Assembly: GCA_046727175.1 (NCBI GenBank)
Contig: JBKPCD010000132.1
Span: 29,474 to 93,473 of the forward strand
From: Acidobacteriota bacterium
Lineage (GTDB): Bacteria > Acidobacteriota > Vicinamibacteria > Vicinamibacterales > 2-12-FULL-66-21
Reading direction: 5' to 3'
DNA length: 64,000 nucleotides
Shown here: positions 56,883 to 64,000 of the stretch, piece by piece
How the letters are laid out: every line of letters starts with the position of its first letter
How positions within the stretch are numbered: the stretch's first letter is position 1
Position numbers and translations under genes: made by a program
Notes under the pieces: model-generated
What the model was told of the DNA's origin: nothing
Database searches by the model: none
What the model saw: the letters and a program-made list of their open reading frames with translations, nothing else

Positions 56883-58039
56883 GTCACGCTGGTGCGCAAC
56901 TGCTGCTTTTCGGCATGCCGCTCGATCGCGAGCGCGATGAGCCGGTCAAGCAGCGTCGGATAGTCGACGCCCGAAGCGGCCCACATCTTCGAGTACATGC
57001 TGATCGTCGTGAAGCCGGGGATCGTGTTCACTTCGTTGACGTAGATGGCTCCGGTGCCGCGCGCGATGAGGAAGTCCACGCGCGCCATGCCGGCGCAATC
57101 GATCGCCTGGAACGCCTCGATTGACAACCGGCGGATCTCGTCAGCGCTACCAGGCGCGAGATCCGCGGGAATGATCACCTTCGAATCCGCGTCGATGTAC
57201 TTTGCTTCGTAATCGTAGAACTCGCGAGAGGGGACGACCTCTCCAGGAACGGACGCTGCCGGTTCGTCGTTGCCGAGGACCGCGCATTCGATCTCTCGCG
57301 CATCCGGCACAGCCGCTTCGACGACGATCTTGCGATCGAATGCGCCGGCGAGATCCATTGCCATCGAAAGCGACGCCTCGTCCTTCGCTTTAGAAATGCC
57401 GACGCTCGATCCGAGATTCGCCGGCTTGACGAACATCGGAAAGCCGAGCGCGCCCGCGAGATCGGCGAGAACAGCCGGACGCCGCCGCTCCCATTGATGG
57501 CGAAGCACCACACGATACGGACAGACCGGCAGGCCCTGCTGGGCAAAGACGACCTTCATCAATGCCTTGTCCATCCCGACCGCAGATGCGAGCACGCCGG
57601 CGCCGACGTACGGCACGTTGGCGAGCTCGAGCAGTCCCTGGATCGTGCCGTCCTCGCCGTAAGGACCGTGCAGCACGGGAAAGATCACGTCGACGTTAAG
57701 GCCCGTAACGATCGCCTGGCCGGTGTCCTTGCTGGTCCCGATGTGTCGATCGATCGCGAGGATGGTCTCCTGGCTTGGCCGCGCGACGAGGTGAACTTCA
57801 CGTCCCTCACGCGTCGGTCGTGCCGCGTCCAACCGTGCTTGATCGATCACCTCCGCCGCTGACACTGCGGTCGGCGGCTTATCGGCGATCGCCCACCGCC
57901 CCTCCTTGTCGATCCGGATCGGGATCGGCTCGTATCGCCCGCGATTCAGGTTCGCGAATACCGCGGCAGCCGAGGCGAGCGACACTTCGTGCTCACCCGA
58001 ACGGCCGCCGTACAGCACACCGACTCGAAGGCGCTTCAC
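56879..58039 (-). CDS. ddl: D-alanine--D-alanine ligase
   Basis: Start set to GTG 58039 (VKRLRVGVLYGGRSGEHEVSL). ATP-grasp motifs FPVLHGPYGEDGT, FVKPANLGSSVGI and EVNTIPGFT. The upstream 145 codons of the track ORF have no Ddl similarity. Confidence 0.9.
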   Translation of the reverse strand: MKRLRVGVLYGGRSGEHEVSLASAAAVFANLNRGRYEPIPIRIDKEGRWAIADKPPTAVSAAEVIDQARLDAARPTREGREVHLVARPSQETILAIDRHIGTSKDTGQAIVTGLNVDVIFPVLHGPYGEDGTIQGLLELANVPYVGAGVLASAVGMDKALMKVVFAQQGLPVCPYRVVLRHQWERRRPAVLADLAGALGFPMFVKPANLGSSVGISKAKDEASLSMAMDLAGAFDRKIVVEAAVPDAREIECAVLGNDEPAASVPGEVVPSREFYDYEAKYIDADSKVIIPADLAPGSADEIRRLSIEAFQAIDCAGMARVDFLIARGTGAIYVNEVNTIPGFTTISMYSKMWAASGVDYPTLLDRLIALAIERHAEKQQLRTSVT

Positions 58040-58075
58040 GAAAGAAGGATACAGGAGTCGGGAGGGAGGAGGTAG

Positions 58076-59266
<1,191 letters not shown>

Positions 59267-59605
59267 ATGCCGGTTCTATCCAGTAGTCTATTCTTTGCCA
59301 TGGGCGCACCTGGCCAGCCAGCGCCCTGGGTGACGTTCATCCCGTATATTTTGATCCTGGGGATCTTCTATTTCCTGATCCTCATGCCCATGCGCCGGCG
59401 GCAGAAGAAGGTTCAGGAGTTTCAAGACTCCTTAAAGGTCGGCGACAAGGTGGTCACCACCAGCGGCATCTACGGAAAGATCACCAAGGTGAACGACCAT
59501 TCCGTGCAGGTGCAGGTGGCCGACAAGGTGCAAATCGAGGTCGCCCGTAAGGCGATTGGCGGCTACCAGGGGCAGGAACCGGTAGTGACCGACTCGAGCC
59601 TATGA
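59267..59605 (+). CDS. yajC: Preprotein translocase subunit YajC
   Basis: Single TM, then MPMRRRQKK......L..GD.VVT.SGI.GKI. The ATG abuts the tgt stop (TGAATG). Confidence 0.85.
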   Translation: MPVLSSSLFFAMGAPGQPAPWVTFIPYILILGIFYFLILMPMRRRQKKVQEFQDSLKVGDKVVTTSGIYGKITKVNDHSVQVQVADKVQIEVARKAIGGYQGQEPVVTDSSL

Positions 59606-59619
59606 ACCGCGTATTCGCG

Positions 59620-59642
59620 GATTCACGCAGATTTCGTGGATC
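59620..59642. repeat. Copy 3 of the GATTCACGCGGATTTCGCGGATC motif
   Basis: GATTCACGCAGATTTCGTGGATC, 15 nt after the yajC stop and 22 nt before the secD ATG. Confidence 0.7.
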
Positions 59643-59663
59643 CCGAAAACACGTGACCTCTGG

Positions 59664-61274
59664 ATGAAAGCGATGACCAAGAATCTCCGCTGGAAAGTGC
59701 TGACGATCGTCGTCGTCGGCATCGTCTTTTTCGCCGTCGGCATCTATCCCATTCTGGTGAATCGGTCTCACTTGCCGGCACCCGGCTGGCTGATGCAGAA
59801 GCAGCTCAAGCTGGGACTCGATCTCAAAGGCGGCGTCCACCTCGTGATGCGCGTGCAGACCGACGAAGCACTGAAGATTGCGACGACGACGACGAGCGAG
59901 CAGCTGAGAGAGGCGCTGCGGACGGCGGGTGTCACGGTGGGTGCGATTGCCGTGACGTCGCCGACCTCGTTCAAGGTGGAAGGCGTTCCGCCTGATCGTG
60001 ATAACGAGTTCCGTAAGGCGTCGGACGACGTCGCGAGCGCCAACTACAATCGCAGTCCGGGCGTCAGCGGGTCGTACGAGTTCACGATGAAGCCGAACGT
60101 TGCGAACGACATGCGCGAGCAGACAGTCGTGCAGGCGCTCGAAACGATCGATCGGCGCGTCAATGAACTCGGGGTGGCCGAACCCAACATCTCGCGATAC
60201 GGTCAGTCGAACGATCAGATTCTCGTCCAGCTGCCCGGGGTCACTGACGTGGCGCACGCGAAGGAGATCATGGGCAGGACCGCTCTCCTCGAGCTCAAGA
60301 TCGTCGAGAGCGGACCCGCCCCGACGAAAGAAGCCCTGCTCCAGTCGCACGGAGGACAGGTGCCTCCGGACATGGAAGTGATCACCGGCGCCGCCGGATC
60401 GCGTGCGGGCACCGAGTACTACCTCGTTCGCAAGGTGGCAGCCGTGACCGGACGCGATCTGCGTGATGCACGACCGGGGCTCGACGAGAACAACCGGCCC
60501 GCCGTCCGCTTCTCGCTCACGCCGGATGGGTCCCGCAAATTCGGCAAGGTGACCGGCGAGAACATCGGCCGGTCGCTCGCGATCATCCTCGACGGCTCCG
60601 TGCGTTCCGCGCCGCGGATTGACGGAAAGATTACCGACGAGGGGCGGATTTACGGCAGCTTCACGAGTGAAGAGGTCGCGGATCTGTCGCTGACGCTGCG
60701 GTCCGGCGCGCTGCCCGCCTCCCTCAGCAACCTCGAAGAACGAGTCATCGGTCCGACGCTTGGCGCTGACTCGATCCGGTCTGGCGTCATGGCTTCCGTC
60801 GTCGGTCTCGCGCTCGTCGTTGCCTTCATGCTCTTTTATTACAAGCTGTCGGGTGTCAACGCGATCATCGCGCTCATGATGAATCTCATCATCCTGCTCG
60901 GGCTGATGGCTTACATCGGCGCGACGATGACGCTGCCGGGCATCGCGGGGTTCGTGCTCACGATGGGCATCGGCGTCGATTCGAACGTGCTGATCTTCGA
61001 GCGCATCAAGGAGGAACTCGCCGGCCAGCGCGGAGTTCGTGCCGCGATCAACACCGGATTCTCGCGTGTGTTCTGGACGCTGCTCGATACGCACGTCGCC
61101 TCGCTGATTTCGGCCGCGTTCCTGTTCCAGTTCGGGACCGGGCCGATCCGCGGGTTCGCCATGACGCTGACGATCGGGCTGCTGACGAACCTGTTCACCT
61201 CGATTTTCGTGTCCAAGACGCTGTTCGAGCTGGAGCTTGCACAGCGGAAGACGGCGACGGCGCTCAGCATCTAA
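59664..61274 (+). CDS. secD: Protein translocase subunit SecD
   Basis: 536 aa with LKLGLDLKGG, periplasmic domain, and C-terminal six-TM region with GIGVDSNVLIFERIKEE. Confidence 0.95.
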   Translation: MKAMTKNLRWKVLTIVVVGIVFFAVGIYPILVNRSHLPAPGWLMQKQLKLGLDLKGGVHLVMRVQTDEALKIATTTTSEQLREALRTAGVTVGAIAVTSPTSFKVEGVPPDRDNEFRKASDDVASANYNRSPGVSGSYEFTMKPNVANDMREQTVVQALETIDRRVNELGVAEPNISRYGQSNDQILVQLPGVTDVAHAKEIMGRTALLELKIVESGPAPTKEALLQSHGGQVPPDMEVITGAAGSRAGTEYYLVRKVAAVTGRDLRDARPGLDENNRPAVRFSLTPDGSRKFGKVTGENIGRSLAIILDGSVRSAPRIDGKITDEGRIYGSFTSEEVADLSLTLRSGALPASLSNLEERVIGPTLGADSIRSGVMASVVGLALVVAFMLFYYKLSGVNAIIALMMNLIILLGLMAYIGATMTLPGIAGFVLTMGIGVDSNVLIFERIKEELAGQRGVRAAINTGFSRVFWTLLDTHVASLISAAFLFQFGTGPIRGFAMTLTIGLLTNLFTSIFVSKTLFELELAQRKTATALSI

Positions 61275-61286
61275 CGCAGGGACATC

Positions 61287-62279
61287 ATGCAGATCTTCCA
61301 CAACCCCAACTACGATTTCGTCCGGTGGCGCTGGCACGCCATCGCGCTGTCCTGGATCATCGTGCTCGCCGGGCTCGTCACGATCTGGCGAATGGGGATG
61401 CCGCTCGGCGTCGAGTTCTCGGGCGGCACGATCGTCATCGTGCGATTCGATCAGGTCGCGGACAACCAGCAGGTGCGCGCCGCCCTCGACAAGGGAATGC
61501 CGGGTGTCGGTCAGAACGCGGTCATCAACCGCTACGGTGATCCATCCGCTCGGCAGGTCATGATCCGTGTGCCGATGGTCGGCGCCGAAGCCGGTACGAG
61601 TCTCAGTCAGACGGCGGATGCCGTCATGTCGTCACTCAAGGCCGCCGGGTTGAAAGTGGAGGACAAACCGGTTGGAACCGAAATCGTGGGTCCGAGCGTT
61701 GGCGAGCAGCTCACGCGGCAGGGCACGCTCGCGACGGTGCTTGCGCTTGCGGGCATCCTCGTGTACATCGGCCTAAGGTTCCAGTTCAGCTTCGCGATCG
61801 GCGCCGTGGTCGCCACGATTCACGACCTGCTGGTCACGCTCGCGTTTCTGGCGTTCTTCCGCTACGACCTTTCGCTGAACGTCATCGCCGCGATTCTGAC
61901 CATCACCGGATACTCGACGAACGACACGATCGTCATCTTCGACCGCGTGCGCGAGAACATGAAGGGCATGCGGCGCGACAACATCTCGCACATCATCAAC
62001 GTCGCGGTCAACCAGACGTTGAGTCGAACCGTGATCACCGCGGGCACCGCGCTCCTGAGCTCGTTGGCGTTGTTCTTCTTCGGCGGCGAAGTCCTGCACG
62101 GATTTGCCTTCACCATGATCGTCGGGATCATCACAGGCACCTACTCCAGCGTGTTCATTGCCGCAGCGATCGTGGTGATCTGGCAGAGTCGCAAAGGCCC
62201 TGCGGGCGCCAGACGTCAGCCTGTCACCGAGGCGCCGCCGACAGCTGTGCGCAAGCCCGCTCGCCGGCGGGTGTCATAA
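61287..62279 (+). CDS. secF: Protein translocase subunit SecF
   Basis: 330 aa with GVEFSGGT, TGYSTNDTIVIFDRVREN and the six-TM topology. Confidence 0.95.
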   Translation: MQIFHNPNYDFVRWRWHAIALSWIIVLAGLVTIWRMGMPLGVEFSGGTIVIVRFDQVADNQQVRAALDKGMPGVGQNAVINRYGDPSARQVMIRVPMVGAEAGTSLSQTADAVMSSLKAAGLKVEDKPVGTEIVGPSVGEQLTRQGTLATVLALAGILVYIGLRFQFSFAIGAVVATIHDLLVTLAFLAFFRYDLSLNVIAAILTITGYSTNDTIVIFDRVRENMKGMRRDNISHIINVAVNQTLSRTVITAGTALLSSLALFFFGGEVLHGFAFTMIVGIITGTYSSVFIAAAIVVIWQSRKGPAGARRQPVTEAPPTAVRKPARRRVS

Positions 62280-62407
62280 ACGGTGCTAACGGTGTTGACG
62301 GTGCTGACGGTGCGTGAGATGTCGAGAGGGATACGAGTATTCGCTGCGGGCACGATCAGCCCTGTGAGCCGCTTCAGCACCTTCAGCACCACCAGCACCG
62401 TCAGCAC
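62280..62407. repeat. Second locus of the period-9 GGTGCTGAN family
   Basis: acggtgcta acggtgttg acggtgctg acggtgcgt ... cttcagcac cttcagcac caccagcac cgtcagcac. Starts 1 nt after the secF stop and ends 9 nt before the uppP ATG. Confidence 0.85.
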
Positions 62408-62416
62408 CTTCTCCTG

Positions 62417-63214
62417 ATGCTGTCGGCGGCGCTGCTTGGCGTCATCCAGGGACTGACCGAGTTCCTGCCGGTCTCTTCAACCGCGCACCTTTTGATTGGA
62501 GCCCGTCTGATCGGGTTCGACGATCCGGGCGGCGTATTCACGGTCCTCATCCAGCTCGGCTCGATCCTGGCGGTGATGTGGCTGTATCGCGCCAAAATCG
62601 TCCACGTCATCAGGGGATTGCCGTCCGATCGTGACGCGCGACATTTCGTCCTGATGATCCTGATCGCGTTCCTGCCGGCGGCGTTCGCGGGCGCGCTGCT
62701 CTCGGGATTCGTGAAGCGGGTGCTCTACACGACACCGGCGGTAATCTCGGCGACGTTCATTCTCGGCGGTATCGTCATGCTCGTGGTCGAGCGGTACCGG
62801 CCGGCGCCCTCGGTGCTGAACGCCGACCATACGTCCCTCTCGCGCGCGCTCGGGATCGGTCTGTGTCAGGTGCTGGCGCTGGTTCCCGGCGTGTCGCGGT
62901 CCGGCGCGACGATCGTCGGGGCAATGCTGCTCGGGCTGGATCGGCCGGCCGCTGCGGAGTTCTCGTTCTTTCTCGCCATGCCAACGATGGGAGCGGCGTT
63001 CGCGCACGATCTCTTCGCGGTGCGGCACAGCCTCGGTGCGGGGCTCGCGACCGAGATTGTGATTGGCTTCGTGATGGCCTTCGTTGCGTCGGCCCTGGTG
63101 GTCAGACCGTTCCTCGCGGTTGTCCGACGCGCCGGTTTCGTTCCGTTCGCGTGGTACCGAATCCTCGCGGGACTCGTGCTGTTCGCAATGCTCGCCATCG
63201 GATGGATGTTGTAG
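62417..63214 (+). CDS. uppP: Undecaprenyl-diphosphate phosphatase
   Basis: 265 aa. GVIQGLTEFLPVSSTAHL and PGVSRSGATI are BacA/UppP signatures. Confidence 0.93.
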   Translation: MLSAALLGVIQGLTEFLPVSSTAHLLIGARLIGFDDPGGVFTVLIQLGSILAVMWLYRAKIVHVIRGLPSDRDARHFVLMILIAFLPAAFAGALLSGFVKRVLYTTPAVISATFILGGIVMLVVERYRPAPSVLNADHTSLSRALGIGLCQVLALVPGVSRSGATIVGAMLLGLDRPAAAEFSFFLAMPTMGAAFAHDLFAVRHSLGAGLATEIVIGFVMAFVASALVVRPFLAVVRRAGFVPFAWYRILAGLVLFAMLAIGWML

Positions 63215-63862
63215 TTGGCTCTCCTGCAGTGGCTGCGACGCAGCTTCATCGCCGGATTCTTCGTCACCGTGCCGCTCGTCATCAGCGTGGCGGCGCTCGT
63301 CTGGATCTTCCGGCTGATCGACGGCTTCGTCGGGCCGTTTTACACGGCGTGGCTCAAGACGTGGCTGGGGGTAGACGCGCCACCTCCGGGGCTCGGGATT
63401 CTGACGACCGCGCTCGTCGTGATCCTTGTTGGCGTGGTCGCGACCAACGTGATCGGCAAGCGGTTGCTGCAGCGAACCGAGTACTACCTGTTGAAGGTCC
63501 CGGTGTTTCGAACGATCTACGCACCGGTGAAGCAGCTCGTGGTTGCGTTCTCGCCAGACAACGAGTACGGGTTCAAGCGGGTGGTGCTCGTGGAGGATCG
63601 CGCGCGCGGCTTCGTGCTGGGATTCCTGACGCGCGAGTTCACCGTCGATCGCGGGCAGGGTCCCGAGTCGCTGATTGCGGTCTACGTGCCGACGAATCAC
63701 CTGTATCTCGGCGATGTCATCATCTGCCCGCGAGATCAAGTGTCGTTCCCCGACATCACCGTCGAGCAGGGCATCCGCATTTTTCTCACCGGCGGCATGG
63801 CACTGACGAGCCGGATCCGCGCCCGGCGGGGCGACGATCGGGTCGGCGATTTCCGTCTGTAG
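63215..63862 (+). CDS. DUF502 domain membrane protein
   Basis: 215 aa. Two N-terminal TM segments, then VPVFRTIY..VKQ and GF.LGFLT...........V.VP. TTG start directly after the uppP stop. Confidence 0.75.
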   Translation: MALLQWLRRSFIAGFFVTVPLVISVAALVWIFRLIDGFVGPFYTAWLKTWLGVDAPPPGLGILTTALVVILVGVVATNVIGKRLLQRTEYYLLKVPVFRTIYAPVKQLVVAFSPDNEYGFKRVVLVEDRARGFVLGFLTREFTVDRGQGPESLIAVYVPTNHLYLGDVIICPRDQVSFPDITVEQGIRIFLTGGMALTSRIRARRGDDRVGDFRL

Positions 63863-63879
63863 AAGAGCGGACTGACGCC

Positions 63880-63902
63880 GATTCACGCGGATTTCGCGGA
63901 AC
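63880..63902. repeat. Copy 4 of the GATTCACGCGGATTTCGCGGATC motif
   Basis: GATTCACGCGGATTTCGCGGAAC, 18 nt after the DUF502 stop. Confidence 0.7.
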
Positions 63903-64000
63903 CAACGACGATAAACGATGGCTGCACCGCGTTGCGCGCCTTGTGTGGTACGATGCCGAGCTTTTTGTCCGGCGATTGAACAGACCAGGGAGTTCGAGGG

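Noticed and set aside
59481-61337. 618-aa ORF on the minus strand
   Set aside because: It is exactly antisense to secD/yajC, which have unambiguous motifs. Its Arg/His/Asp/Pro-rich composition is typical of shadow ORFs in GC-rich DNA. The same applies to 62477..63886 (antisense to uppP/DUF502), 5740..7233 (rpoD), 7846..9144 (dnaG), 12819..14081 (GT2), 19027..20433 (hutI), 37859..39256 (Clp ATPase), 29386..31041 (ADOP), 53271..54293 (HEAT-PPIase), 55461..56963 (TPR/ddl), 42226..43518, 43218..44267, 44185..45849, 48162..49127 and 39638..40720.
63917-64000. ATG-initiated Cys-rich ORF at the window end
   Set aside because: Roughly half of its third codon positions are A/T, unlike the strongly GC3-biased real genes here. 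It is probably non-coding in this frame.

Overview
GC-rich bacterial chromosomal segment. GC content was not computed. An ADOP-type duplicated orphan permease, HEAT/TPR-rich secreted proteins and the codon style suggest Acidobacteriota, but this is inference, not searched. The window is densely packed with about 58 protein genes plus one tRNA-Met. Nearly all are housekeeping: rpoD, dnaG, mutS2, lepA, lepB, glyA, thiC, secDF, yajC, tgt, ddl, accD, folC, lptD, rfbB, htpX, a ClpA-like ATPase, uppP and others. I found no rRNA, CRISPR array, transposase, integrase, phage gene or recognisable defence system. Three things stand out. (1) The largest unannotated gap (54429-55202) holds two tandem micro-ORFs. 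Each has its own Shine-Dalgarno site and intrinsic terminator. They encode near-identical 16/17-aa Lys/Gly polycations, and the two copies differ only by synonymous changes and one in-frame codon. (2) A co-directional module (40862-43272) encodes a fusion of a polyprenol (phytol/dolichol-type) kinase domain with a DUF92 (VTE6-type polyprenyl-phosphate kinase) domain, followed by a UbiA-family prenyltransferase. (3) Most intergenic spacers are built from degenerate tandem arrays with a strict 7-nt or 9-nt period. These are usually paired with an array of the reverse-complement unit, and there are also two small dispersed repeat families. Many long ORFs in the six-frame track are antisense or out-of-frame shadows of real genes, or repeat-encoded N-terminal extensions, and were rejected. 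All family assignments come from motif recognition by eye; no database search was run.
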